Source: a virus
Length of the DNA stretch: 64,000 bases
Direction: 5' to 3' (one strand)
IMG/VR virus record: IMGVR_UViG_3300036715_001865
Location: 64,001-128,000 of that record
In this document: positions 20,901 through 32,200 of the stretch, piece by piece
Numbering within the stretch: position 1 is the stretch's first letter
Layout: each line of letters opens with the position of its first letter
The notes under the pieces: model-generated
Told to the model about the DNA's origin: nothing
Databases searched by the model: none
The model's input: the letters and a program-made list of their open reading frames with translations, nothing else
Made by a program: the position numbers and the translations under genes

Positions 20901-23900
20901 AACCATTTATATGGATACAGAAGTGATAAGACTAATAGTGTTGGAAAGTATTGGTTTTGTCCATTAACTTCAAAGTTAATGTTCATGGATAGACATGCGT
21001 GGCGCAACAGTATTATCGTAACCTTGAGTGATGGAAGTACGGTGTTAAGAGCACCAATTGTTAGTGCTATTGAACCGTCAGTTGCGTTATTAGAAAAATC
21101 TATGTGGTACAACACTGAAACAAATGTGTTACATATTCGCAATAGCTCAAATACAGCTTGGATAAACGGCCCATCAGTTATAGTGAATGATATTGATCCA
21201 TCATTGAGAACCATATGGAGACATGGTATAAACAATGAACAATATGTTCCAAAATATGTTGATAAAAATAGAACTGAAGTGGCTATTGGGGCACCAAATG
21301 GTAGTTGGGAAATTCCTGATCAATGGTTTTTCAATCCAGAGCACAAAAATAACAAAACGGTTAAATATTCACAATTACTAACACATTTTTCTTCTATAAT
21401 AGAAAAACAGCAAACCACTCTAGGTTTAATTGGAGGTGGGGTATTCACAAAAGTACAAGCTGAATATAATTATGGTGTTGGTGGGACAATTAAGGAACTA
21501 AATGGAGCATTTGATACTCTTATTTCAGCAATTAATGTTACTAATGTTACTCCTGTTGGAGTAATGGAATATGCTGCTGCCGAATATAATTCAAACCTTC
21601 GATTTGTTCGAGATTTATTCAACAGATCTATTGTAGATTTGTTTAGGTCATATGTGGTTGAAGGAGCAGAATCGTTTTCTAGCTATGTAACAAAAAGTGT
21701 CATATTTGCATATGAAGATAATGATTACACGGCATCTGTATATGGTGATACCACTGCATATGATGAAGTTACAAAAGAAGGGGTAAAAAATTGGATTGCA
21801 ACTGCTCCTATGTTTGGACTAGCTCCAGCCTTTGTCCCACATGTGTTGAATGATGGACAATTCGTCCAAGTGTTTCATCATGATGGCCACAGAACTAACA
21901 TTAACTATACATTAGCAGAAGAAGATGCGGTAGCTAGAAAAATTATATCATTATCAGACCCTAGATACGTGGGATATAAATTAGGTGCACTAGGTGCGTC
22001 CAACCCACCACAAACTGAACAAGAGTTTATAACTATGTTCGGTGGTGAAATTAGATCAGGGGTTTGTTGGTATGATACACAATCTCCTCGAAAATTTTAT
22101 AGATGCAATGTATATTCTGTAGGAGCAGTACATCCATCATTTTATATGGATGGTAAAGAAATTGCGGATGGTATATTATATTACAATACTATAGCCCACT
22201 GTACTTTTAAAAAAATAGGACTAAGCTGGGTAGCTGAAACTGTACCGGGTTCATATGAGTTATCACCAATATGGGCAATAGTTAGTTTTGAAGAATTATT
22301 AGGTGATTTGTATTTGGAATTGGAAACTAGATTGTATGCTAGATGTAAAAACATTAAACCTGTGTATAACTATGCAACTCTAACACCAACTCCAGCTGAG
22401 TCTGTGGTGTTTCAATCTAATTATAGAAAACGATTTGATGAATATACAGTTAATCATTCGGTGCCTGCACCATTAATAAACACACAATATAGACAAATTG
22501 ATGCATTTACGTGGAATTATGTAACTAGCACCATTGTAAGTGCTCCTCATGCTGGAATTGTACCAACAAATTCAGTTTGTTGGCAATCATTGTATACTAA
22601 TTGGTTCGGTACTTCATATCCACATTTAGAACCTTGGAAATTACAAGGGTATTTGAATAAACCAACTTGGTGGGATGCTGAATACTTAGAGTCAACAGTT
22701 GTGAAAAATTGGACACCAAACACACACTATAATACAAATGACAATTTTGTTCATGTTGGGACGAGATATAAAGTTGTAGTATCATATACTTCAGGACCTA
22801 CTTTTGATGTTATAGATGTGGCGAACACCACTACTATAATCAGAAGATGGAAATTTACATATGCCCCTACTAGTACATCTATTGGTATTGGGATGTGGGA
22901 AAACATTCGCAGTGGACAGGTTCCTGTAGGAAGAACATATCCTAATGGAATCATAAGCACAGGAAATTCATACTTAGATGGTCAACAGTTGCAAACATAT
23001 TTGTATTTTGGAGTTAATATTTCAAATAATACAATATCAGGAGGATATACTCCTGACCAACTATTGCCACCATATTATTTAACCAATGATGTTCATATTC
23101 GTTCATTATTCAATTCAATGGTACAAATAAATGCCCCTGATGCTGATTATGTGTTTGGTGATAGTAGTCCAATTGAGTGGCAATGGACTGTGTCTGCTCA
23201 ATATGCATATGATACACCAATAATTGCATTTATCATGCAACCAGTTAATTTTTTACATGCTGCATTTGGGCCAAGATATTCTACAGCTGATTTATTAGAG
23301 GTAGATATTGCATTTGGCCAAGTGTATAGCCATGTGGATACTATGTTTCATGGTGACATGTATAACACCAATCAAGTATATAAAGCTCCAGGGTTGAACC
23401 AATGGTATGTTAATTATAATAGATTTGCAGGGTATGATACAAATGGTGAGTTTAGAGAATTGTGGGTTGGTTGGAAACCATTGTTGACATACCGATTCAA
23501 TGGAATAGTTGATACTGGCACATTAGATGTGTCAAATAAACATTTTAGTTTAATAGACCAAGATTACAATGTAATACTGGCTAATAATGGCGCATTTAAG
23601 GAAATGTGGGTTGATGCGTTCAATGTAAGTGTTGTTGGTATACCACCTGCAATTATTCAATACAATAACCAAGGTAAATGGAAAATGGAAATCAGTAGTT
23701 TGGCAGATATTGCAAGAGATATCTACTACTATGATGTAAAAGCATATCCATTTGTTGTAGACACCACATCAAATGAATGTTATGCATATCGATACACAAT
23801 TACTAATATCGACCAATCAGCTAAACGGTTGTATGTTTCAGGAAACGAAACAGATATTTTTGTACATGGATCCACGGTGACCGTTGCTAGATCTACATCT

Positions 23901-26900
23901 CTAAATGGTAATTATACGGTAGTATCATCTGTTTATGAAGCTAGTGTGGACAGAACAAGAATAAATGTGGCAGAACTGCTTCCAAGTTCATTGGTCGATG
24001 GGGTTGTGTATGTGTCATCATTTGCATTGCCTTGGTCTACTGGGGATATGGTAGTTCTAGGTTCAGACAAAGGATTACCAGCTCCATTAGTACCCAACAC
24101 TCCATATTATGTGGTAAATGTTGGCAATCAAACATTCAAACTAGCAGAAACTTTTAATGATGCATTGATGGGCATTACTATAGATATTACTACTAATGGT
24201 ATGGGCATACACACTGTTGCTGAAATAGTAAGCTCCTTCTTAGTATTTGGTGGTGATGGGCATTCAAAAGAAACTTGGTTCCATTACACATTAGATAAAA
24301 GTAGAATACTTAAGATGGCTGCTCCACAGGTATTAAATGGAATGCAAACCCTTATTAATATAATTGATGGATATGCAGAATATCAGCGTGATCAAGGTAT
24401 AATTTTGGACTCTGCTGACTCTAACGATTTTGATCCAAATAGTGGTAGATTAGTTAATTGGTCTTTAGAAACTGAACGTTTTATTAATTGGGCGTATGGA
24501 TTAAGAAGATCCAGAATGAATGTTAGTGATAGATATGAGTTTAGTGTCAACACAACTGACAATACAATAACTGCAATTGATTCAATCCCAATTTGGGTAA
24601 GTGGAACTGCGATTCAAGTATCTACAACTGGGTCTTTGCCAAGTCCATTGTATGCACCTGACGTGTACTATATTGTACAAACATCTGTACCAGGTGTATT
24701 TAAATTATCAGCATCTCGTGACACTAGCTACCCAGCTTTTCACATCGACTTGCTTACTCAAGGAAGTGGACATTTTTATGTAGCAACCAAAACACTGTTG
24801 GTAAGTTATCCAACTTTTGAAATAAACCCTGCTAGAAATAATATTTGGTTAGATACTCCTGAGGGAGTGTTGTCTAATGTTGTTAGTGGACCATATACTG
24901 ATATCAGAGTGCGTCAAACTATATTTGACCAATATGGTAGACCAATGGGAGCAGATAAATTAATTGTTAACCGTCAAGATAAACGAAATAGAGTATCTGT
25001 GATTCCACAAATAACAAACGATGTTGATTTATTTTACACCGACGACCCTTATAATTATATTCACTTGGGTGGAGGCCATTTCTTCTTAGAAGGGTACGAA
25101 CATTTTATTATATTTAATCCGTATACTGTTGGTGGGGCATTGGTGTATGATTCATTTTTAGGACTAAATTCAAAGAAATTTGAAATGGATTTCTTTAAAA
25201 AAGCAGAATATAACTTGAGACCAACACTTGGAGGATATTTCTTAGATGGACACAAATTCACAAGAAATATTGAAGGTGCTGCTACAGACTTACAAGAGTA
25301 TTATGATGTATATGCTGGTTCTGAAAATACAACAACTAAACATTTATCAAGAGCATTGTTAGGATATACAGGTACTACTGATTATATGAATTTGTTGAAT
25401 GTTAATTCAAAATCACAGTTCATATTCTACCGTGGAATGTTACATGCAAAGGGTTCTGTTGCAAGTATTCTAGCATATATTAACTCTCGTCATTTTGTTG
25501 ATGCTAGTATTGATGACTATTGGGCTGTTAAAATAGCTGACTTTGGTGATAGTAGAATTCGGGTATACCCAGAAGTGTTAATCCACGCTGAAGATGAAGT
25601 GGTTGACGATGTGCGATTGGAATTTGTAGGTTTGTATGATGATCCAAATAGAGAGGATGTTATTGATGCAACCACAAATAAAGGGTTTAATTTGGTAACA
25701 TTTGGAGATGATTCTAGGTGGAATAATTTTCCTGAGCAACGAGCTGAAATCATTCAACCTCTATTTTTAGATGCTGAAGTGTCTGATATAACTAGAATTT
25801 TGGTAGCTCCAGTTCCTCCATCTTCAATGAAAAGTACTGATTTTGAATATTGGTTTAATCTATCAGATTGGTCATTGAGAATGTGGAATGGTGTTGATTG
25901 GAGCACATTAGTTAAAAATAAGATTCAGTTTGATGGAGATTATATGTATTGGAAACACAATAAACCGTGTGATGATGTGCGTATGTTCCGTAAAAATATC
26001 AGATTGGCTTCTACACCAGTTGAAATACGATATGCACACGCTACTGCCTCAACATTTGTGGTTGGTGGAGATTTATCTGCAAGTATGTATGCCACAGCTG
26101 TTATTGAAGTATTAGGCACTGCACTGAATAATGGACAGTATCCAATTTTGGGATCGGTATATGATAACGTAACTAATACCACAACAATTACAGTTAATAA
26201 ACCAGTTGCAGCTGATCAAGGGAACGGTGGAACTATTATTAGATTAACCAATGTATCAATTATCAATGCGTTTGCTCACGATGCAGCAGTTAATTCACCA
26301 AACACTTTAACAATATTTGGGGATGTGTCATCAAGTATATACATTGGAACAAATATCACTATATCCAACAGTGTGGCAAATAATGGTACTTATCTTGTTA
26401 AGAGTTCAGTGTATGATACTATATCAAAAAACACATTAGTATCCATGGATGATACAACACCATTGTTGTATACAGAAATTGGTGGAACCGTGTCTTATAT
26501 TAATATTGATTTTGATATGTACGAGACTATTCCACTAAATCCTCCAGATACTGGTATATATCATTATGAGGCTGTTAATTCTAGTGTTGTAAGATTGGAT
26601 CAATTGGAATTTTATGATATTATTACCATTTATTCAATATCTCCATCACCACACAAGATTAATCCTGCAAAATTAGTGGACAAAAAGACAAATGTGGTTC
26701 AAGAACAGATACCATTATGGCACCCTGCGTTTGGAATCCATGATTATAGATCTGCTCACAATATTGATATTACATCATCTATTGATCCATCTGTATATTC
26801 AACAACATTAAATCTTACTGACAACAGTGGCCAAGTCTGGAATTTTTCCAACGTGGGAACTATTTGGTATGATACATCTAGTGTTGGATATGTGCCTTAT

Positions 26901-29264
26901 TACGACAAAACTATTTTTCCTGATATTAATAATAGGTTATATAAATGGGGAGAATTAGCTGATTATGGTGATATTCACGTATATCAATGGGTACAATCAT
27001 CCACTCCACCTTCACAGTGGGATGTAATAGCAGCTAAACAACAAGGTGATATTTCTATTCCTAAAAAGGAAAAGATAACTGGTACGGCGAAACAATCATT
27101 ATTTAAAAGAACTCGCACAATAACAGATGGCACTATTCATTTTGGTATACCTGCAATCGTGTCGGTTCCATATGGAACTGTACGGAGTGGACAGTTAGTA
27201 TTCTTTACCTCAACTGCAACCTTGCCAACTATTTTACAGCACCAAAATGAATTTGTGCTTACAACAGTTGGTTCTGGAAATCCACAAACTTTTAAATTGG
27301 TGGATCCTGTTAGTGGAGAAGATGTTACAGATTTGGTTGGAACTAGTTTTCCTGGAACGGTTATAAACAGTGGCTCACCAAATCACCCAATTCATACCAT
27401 CAAAACTCGGTTAGAATCTGTGGTGGTTGGTGATGTTTTAACTTTTTCAACTGTTGCTAATGGGGTATTTCCTATGGGAGCTGCTAGTGTTCCAGTTGCA
27501 TCAACAGGATACCAAGAAGCTATATTCACCACATTTAAAACTGATAACTCATTTACTCAATTAGCTAATGATGCAACGTTATATACAGCATCAATCAATG
27601 TTAATGGAACAATTGTTCCAGTTTCCTTAGAAGGGTTAGCAGTTCAAACTATTGGAGATTTAGTTGATCAATTGTCTACACTTTTACTTAGTGTTGCCAC
27701 AGTTAGTGTGGTAAATGGTAATATTAGAATTACGGCAACATCCACATCTAGCCTGGTTACTATCACTGATGGGAACTTGTTTAAATCTATATCAGGTTTT
27801 TGGTTTATAAATGTGATAGGTAATATTAGTTCTGAATACACCATTAGAAACATCATTAATACCAGTAGCCAACAAACGTTTGAGATTAACACATTTAGTA
27901 ATACACCAATTAATATATTGGTTCCTGAAATCGGGTCATTAACTATAACTAATGTGGTTAAACAGGTTACTGTTGTGCCAAAATTTGAAACTGGGGCATG
28001 GGAGAAACAAGTAATTGCAAAACAACAAATTATAGGAGCTTGGTTGAGTAGCACAACAAATGTAGACCCACTTATTCATTGGGAATATTCAACAGGAGAT
28101 GATTTGTGGTATGATCAAGATGAGGTGTCTGTATACTTAAATGGTGTATATATTGGACAAAGTGTTGTATCATACAATCCAATTCAGTTTAGATTTGAAG
28201 TTAGTACTGTTGGGTTTGGTATGACAGTTAATACTTACGATTATATTGATGTTGTAAGATTGTTCCATACTTTAACAAAAGAAGAGCAGGCGTTTGATCC
28301 AGATGTATCTGATGATGGTATTACCACAGTACATTGGAAATTTGATTATGAATTTTCACAAAGTGTGGTATCGGTAAATCTAGCAGGTTCTCAACAAACT
28401 CATTACTATTTTTGGGTAGAACATTCAACTATTGCACCAAATGCTGTGGATAGTATGTCTATTGGAGAGTTGTCTAATACTTTACGTATAATTGATAGTC
28501 CGTACTTAATAGTACAGAAGCCAATGGATGGGGACAATATGTTGTCGTTGTATGGATATGATAGAACTGACTATGGGGTTATATGGGATATGCACGAACC
28601 CAATGATGTGGTAGCAGATGCTACAAATATAATGTACCGCGAAGCTATTATTAGAAATATTGCAACTTTTGTGAATGATAACAGCAAATACATGATCCAG
28701 TTTACAAGAGACTTAGCTTTACGTGATACCTTACCAACAATATATAGCCAGATGAATATTAAAAATAAACATCAAGAATGGTTAATGTTTAGGGAGAAAC
28801 AATCTAACAATATTCCACAATTCTTGTGGGATAAATTAGTTGAGTCCCTAACAGGTCAATCATTGGTGGACATGAGTCCAATTCCATCATTAGACAGAAG
28901 ATTGTATGATGATAAGTATGGAACAAATACACAATATGGGTTATTAGAAGGTCAGTCTTTCGTGGATAAGACCCTAGGAATTAAAACTTTAATGAGTTAC
29001 TTGTTGGATCCAACTCATGATTTTTCACCTATTGATATCAATGATTTCTTTATGCGACATGATTTTACAACCACTGTTGGTATTAAATCAATATTAACTG
29101 AGATATATGATACATTTGGGTCAGAGCATGTTAATAGTATTTGGTTTGAAACCCTGCAAGATGCTTTATCAACAAAAGATAAATACAAAGGACTGATGAA
29201 AACTTCTTGGGTTGCACTTCGTGGTGTCCGTGTTTTGGAAGTAAATGGAATGTTTGACGAATAG
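17913..29264 (+). CDS. Giant 3783-aa virion structural protein (baseplate/tail-associated)
   Basis: Uninterrupted 11.3-kb ORF, GTG start with GAGGA SD and late promoter; repeated GDWWFN..W.G..W and LP.PL....YY.V modules; follows gp6. Confidence 0.75.
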   Translation: MANNKYSDHNKSQINFGGYIPGVYHSDVNDTMTDVVFDRYFTKDDTVQVTGFVGTGNPTALINRQIQEVSYDTHDLAHRQAYQLAPTIYNKVGTVETSMSFQNFLTQLELQGVEINRLPIWGAATTFNWVPPINIDMLVNYQDYFWDGETFADTPQYFTIENVCNKSTDKLTSYNMLMQQRGIHVSIVSVDFATNSFNIHGKWDNIFVLDYSFRTSLSSTPNLDNKNWKTTNVVYDNMGDNTKVTVQEQIAPTVQPTSPILGDWWFNSTTNNLFIWSGTVWNEYTDSIMSQVVIPALFVVEGISFDTNAFIINGKQDDIFAPGFVFVTKDSNNSNLQQKYWTVYSVHFDEITNKTTVFTAESLALRSETPPSSPTFIGQWWYNPVTKVLSAWNGTTWTAVSKNVIVNISLAELMVIFQSQLNCKCQHERGWDIGQWDDNSIGNVAWNTNLLATISFGAESEWMIYNTNHPETEMVVSGVIQPLSLWYDTTTNNLYQFGDIIHQSPSSIDYSPIWNKVAANFSAVLQLTTSQENWDYSMDCDVQTLNQWSSQNDWQHKTAINTFANVKRAQLPIFEYDSQLELNEWTKFTHKWKYRHDPAGTFIPTSVSPSRLELEPIKAYRVAVIGTSWYIYLFDNQLSTSVNVNLTDLFVPGYKFRVVDDIGSSSVFTVEWSEFRSLVNATDPRLVSDSMATVVKIKETIFNASSVGGGITNTRIVPNTTSIGDIWNGYHMHWCLDVNATTSVATQPQPLDIFKADITSSYQAVIGNPDLVGFLPQVAAVNIGKSFQEIVVDIDGVDIIDLVPTLKYNPTKARPYAIVGSGMLRVYINGIRQYGTYDEIPTTAVMNYTAVGISVVTNTEFQFVAGVQFKPTITIHIGDVVRMEVGVASFNDMGVYSVPVRTIEDNEQFATFVGSGLQPTYQSMSQYGLLEQVKTSVNQYPQFNIYNIVTGDVVLSSPIITFKESPTVPVNRSVQRRIVTSGDDFEFEQHLLDDNDNHLYGYRSDKTNSVGKYWFCPLTSKLMFMDRHAWRNSIIVTLSDGSTVLRAPIVSAIEPSVALLEKSMWYNTETNVLHIRNSSNTAWINGPSVIVNDIDPSLRTIWRHGINNEQYVPKYVDKNRTEVAIGAPNGSWEIPDQWFFNPEHKNNKTVKYSQLLTHFSSIIEKQQTTLGLIGGGVFTKVQAEYNYGVGGTIKELNGAFDTLISAINVTNVTPVGVMEYAAAEYNSNLRFVRDLFNRSIVDLFRSYVVEGAESFSSYVTKSVIFAYEDNDYTASVYGDTTAYDEVTKEGVKNWIATAPMFGLAPAFVPHVLNDGQFVQVFHHDGHRTNINYTLAEEDAVARKIISLSDPRYVGYKLGALGASNPPQTEQEFITMFGGEIRSGVCWYDTQSPRKFYRCNVYSVGAVHPSFYMDGKEIADGILYYNTIAHCTFKKIGLSWVAETVPGSYELSPIWAIVSFEELLGDLYLELETRLYARCKNIKPVYNYATLTPTPAESVVFQSNYRKRFDEYTVNHSVPAPLINTQYRQIDAFTWNYVTSTIVSAPHAGIVPTNSVCWQSLYTNWFGTSYPHLEPWKLQGYLNKPTWWDAEYLESTVVKNWTPNTHYNTNDNFVHVGTRYKVVVSYTSGPTFDVIDVANTTTIIRRWKFTYAPTSTSIGIGMWENIRSGQVPVGRTYPNGIISTGNSYLDGQQLQTYLYFGVNISNNTISGGYTPDQLLPPYYLTNDVHIRSLFNSMVQINAPDADYVFGDSSPIEWQWTVSAQYAYDTPIIAFIMQPVNFLHAAFGPRYSTADLLEVDIAFGQVYSHVDTMFHGDMYNTNQVYKAPGLNQWYVNYNRFAGYDTNGEFRELWVGWKPLLTYRFNGIVDTGTLDVSNKHFSLIDQDYNVILANNGAFKEMWVDAFNVSVVGIPPAIIQYNNQGKWKMEISSLADIARDIYYYDVKAYPFVVDTTSNECYAYRYTITNIDQSAKRLYVSGNETDIFVHGSTVTVARSTSLNGNYTVVSSVYEASVDRTRINVAELLPSSLVDGVVYVSSFALPWSTGDMVVLGSDKGLPAPLVPNTPYYVVNVGNQTFKLAETFNDALMGITIDITTNGMGIHTVAEIVSSFLVFGGDGHSKETWFHYTLDKSRILKMAAPQVLNGMQTLINIIDGYAEYQRDQGIILDSADSNDFDPNSGRLVNWSLETERFINWAYGLRRSRMNVSDRYEFSVNTTDNTITAIDSIPIWVSGTAIQVSTTGSLPSPLYAPDVYYIVQTSVPGVFKLSASRDTSYPAFHIDLLTQGSGHFYVATKTLLVSYPTFEINPARNNIWLDTPEGVLSNVVSGPYTDIRVRQTIFDQYGRPMGADKLIVNRQDKRNRVSVIPQITNDVDLFYTDDPYNYIHLGGGHFFLEGYEHFIIFNPYTVGGALVYDSFLGLNSKKFEMDFFKKAEYNLRPTLGGYFLDGHKFTRNIEGAATDLQEYYDVYAGSENTTTKHLSRALLGYTGTTDYMNLLNVNSKSQFIFYRGMLHAKGSVASILAYINSRHFVDASIDDYWAVKIADFGDSRIRVYPEVLIHAEDEVVDDVRLEFVGLYDDPNREDVIDATTNKGFNLVTFGDDSRWNNFPEQRAEIIQPLFLDAEVSDITRILVAPVPPSSMKSTDFEYWFNLSDWSLRMWNGVDWSTLVKNKIQFDGDYMYWKHNKPCDDVRMFRKNIRLASTPVEIRYAHATASTFVVGGDLSASMYATAVIEVLGTALNNGQYPILGSVYDNVTNTTTITVNKPVAADQGNGGTIIRLTNVSIINAFAHDAAVNSPNTLTIFGDVSSSIYIGTNITISNSVANNGTYLVKSSVYDTISKNTLVSMDDTTPLLYTEIGGTVSYINIDFDMYETIPLNPPDTGIYHYEAVNSSVVRLDQLEFYDIITIYSISPSPHKINPAKLVDKKTNVVQEQIPLWHPAFGIHDYRSAHNIDITSSIDPSVYSTTLNLTDNSGQVWNFSNVGTIWYDTSSVGYVPYYDKTIFPDINNRLYKWGELADYGDIHVYQWVQSSTPPSQWDVIAAKQQGDISIPKKEKITGTAKQSLFKRTRTITDGTIHFGIPAIVSVPYGTVRSGQLVFFTSTATLPTILQHQNEFVLTTVGSGNPQTFKLVDPVSGEDVTDLVGTSFPGTVINSGSPNHPIHTIKTRLESVVVGDVLTFSTVANGVFPMGAASVPVASTGYQEAIFTTFKTDNSFTQLANDATLYTASINVNGTIVPVSLEGLAVQTIGDLVDQLSTLLLSVATVSVVNGNIRITATSTSSLVTITDGNLFKSISGFWFINVIGNISSEYTIRNIINTSSQQTFEINTFSNTPINILVPEIGSLTITNVVKQVTVVPKFETGAWEKQVIAKQQIIGAWLSSTTNVDPLIHWEYSTGDDLWYDQDEVSVYLNGVYIGQSVVSYNPIQFRFEVSTVGFGMTVNTYDYIDVVRLFHTLTKEEQAFDPDVSDDGITTVHWKFDYEFSQSVVSVNLAGSQQTHYYFWVEHSTIAPNAVDSMSIGELSNTLRIIDSPYLIVQKPMDGDNMLSLYGYDRTDYGVIWDMHEPNDVVADATNIMYREAIIRNIATFVNDNSKYMIQFTRDLALRDTLPTIYSQMNIKNKHQEWLMFREKQSNNIPQFLWDKLVESLTGQSLVDMSPIPSLDRRLYDDKYGTNTQYGLLEGQSFVDKTLGIKTLMSYLLDPTHDFSPIDINDFFMRHDFTTTVGIKSILTEIYDTFGSEHVNSIWFETLQDALSTKDKYKGLMKTSWVALRGVRVLEVNGMFDE

Positions 29265-29274
29265 AGGATACTAC

Positions 29275-32200
29275 ATGACACAATTAACATCGCAAAAATT
29301 ATTATTTAATATCGATCCAACTGAAGGGTTGGTTCGATATACCAAAGCAGTTAAACCATACCACACAAAAATATTGGATGTGTCCATAGAATATGTGTAT
29401 GCTGAAAGTATATATAGCACAGTTGCTGAACGATGGAACTGGAAGATACATCTAACGAGACCAGAAGGCTCGGTTACAAAAGCGTGTGGATATGGAGTAG
29501 TTTGGGATAATTATCCATTTGTTATTAACGATTTCCCACCAGTAGTTATTAAACAAGCAATTGGAGATACACCAATTACTGTTAAGTTTAATTCATTGGT
29601 TGGATCTCCAACAAAAGTAGCAATAACTGATAATCCCTATGGATATCCACTCCAGGCAGGAGAACCAGTTACTATACGAACTACAGGGAATTTTCCTAAT
29701 ACTATTAATGGACGATTGTCCCCAGGATTGATATATTATGTGGTCAGTAAATTAGGTAATTTATTTGAATTATCAGCAACGCCATATGTTGCTCCTTGGA
29801 TGCCCAATACTTCATATACAACAAATAAGGTGTTTGAACATACTGGAAATCAATATATTGCAATTAATGCGTTCGTATCTGGGAGCACATTTGTGCCAGA
29901 TCCACAAAGTATGGAATTACAATCAATTGCGGTTGGAACCGCTGTGGTAAATTGGGTAGGTGACCACACATATACAATTGGTGATGTATATAGCCATGTT
30001 GGTAGTACATACGTAGTAACAGCTGATTATACATCTGGTGCATCGTATAGTGACGTGTACGATTTTAAAAACACTAAAAAATTAGTACCACTATCCGGTA
30101 TACCATTAGAATTTGTGCCAAATAACAGCTGGCAAGCTTTCCAACAATATCATATTGGTGACATATATGAAGTTGTCGATACAGTGGACAATATCACAAC
30201 TCAACTCACAGTAACTGCTAATTACACATCAGGTAATAATTTTGGTATAATAGATACTGTTCACACAACAGAAACAGTGGTGACTTATGATATCCACAAA
30301 GAATCTCTGTTGTACAATTCTTTTTTGGTGGAGCCTGGAATAGTCACTAGCTATCAATGTGTAGCTACTAATTTAACAGCAAACCAGTTTACTTTTGCCA
30401 CTACACACCCAATTACTGATGTTAATATAGATGCTCATACTTGGACAGTTGATGGGATTTTGTTGTCTTCTGCGTATCAAGTCATAAAATACACAAACAC
30501 AAAAACCACATCATCTGTTACTACATTAGCCAATGATACAACCCCATACACAGCTGATATATCAATTGACGGAACAGTATATAACATATCTGTTCTAGGT
30601 AATACGGCACAAACATTCAATGGTGTAATTAGTGCATTAAATAGTATTATCGTGGGTGGAAACGTCTCAATTGTAGATGGGAAGTTGGTGATCACTTCAA
30701 ATAGCATTGGAAGTATATCAGATGTACAAATTGTTGATGGAAATGTCCATCCATTGTTTGCATCATTGAGTGCTGATTTTGTTGGGTTGATGCCAACAAC
30801 CAATCCTACTATAGCTATTACTGATAATACCATATACATTCACGATAATGGAATTGGTCCTACAACACAGTACACAATTCAAAGTGTTGTTTTGGGAACT
30901 GGTATAGATACTGGAAAGACTAAGATTACTACATATGAACAATTGTCGCTATTATCTCAACCCATAGGCACATTGTGTATTCAGAGTGGATTACCATCAG
31001 TACCAAATTGGGGTCTTGGGTTAGGGGTTACTGTGTCATCTACTGGAGAATTACCAAGTCCACTACAACCAGGAACTACTTACCACTTTGCTCCATCTAA
31101 TCAATTAGGAGTGTTTAATTTATCATCTGCTCACTATCCGTTATCCACATTAGATATGATTGATGTTACCACACTGGGTAGTGGAATTATCACTATCCAA
31201 AAAGCTGAAGTGATATATGAAGGAGCAACTGTTGAAGTAACAGGTAGTTACAATTTGGCCAATGATGGGGAATATTATATCAGAGCCTCAATACCAGAGG
31301 GGAATTACTTTCGGTTATATACGTTACAAAAGGTAGCAAGAACTAGCAGAACACAAGATAGCACTGATGGATTAATGACCATGGGAATAAATGGTGGATA
31401 TTCAGCACCAGATTATTGCCAAAACATAGCTGCATCTGATTTATATACAGACGCGTTTATTGGTGAAAAATTTCATTTTGAATTTGTGGCAGCTCCTCCA
31501 CCTGCTGTTTTACCAGTTATCTCCATAGGGTCAGTTAATATTGACAAGATTAAAAATGAAGGAGATATGGGGGTTACTAACTATACTTTTACATTTACTC
31601 GTAATAACAGTATTGGTGTATCTAGTGTTGATTATTCTGTAGTGGGCGCTCCAGATAGTACACATACTGCTGCAAATGCAACTGATTTTGTTGGTGGCGT
31701 ATATCCATCAGGAACAATAACATTCTTGGACGGAGACACATCCATAATATTAACAATTGAAGTCGCCGGTGACACTACTGTAGAACCAGATGAACGATTC
31801 AACATAATATTAACATCTCCAGTAAATGCAATATTAGGCATTAGTGCCGATTATGGATATGTCATCAATGATGATGTCGCTCCATCAGTTATTAATATTG
31901 CTCAATTGGACAGTGTTAAGAATGAAGGAAGTAGTAGTGGAACTATAGTCCCAACTCCGTATAGTATACTATTACACTTTGAAAATGAGGCCCCCACCAA
32001 TATGATGGATGGATTTAATACCCTGGACTCAAGTGGTAAAGGGAACGTGGTTACCTCATATAACAGGGGTACCTATACCAATTCATCTTATGTTTTTGGG
32101 GTGGGTAGAGATTTAGGGTCAGGGACTGTTGGGAATGCACAAACTATATTCCCCGAAACTTCAGATTTTAATTTTGGCGCAGGTGATTTTACTATTCGGT

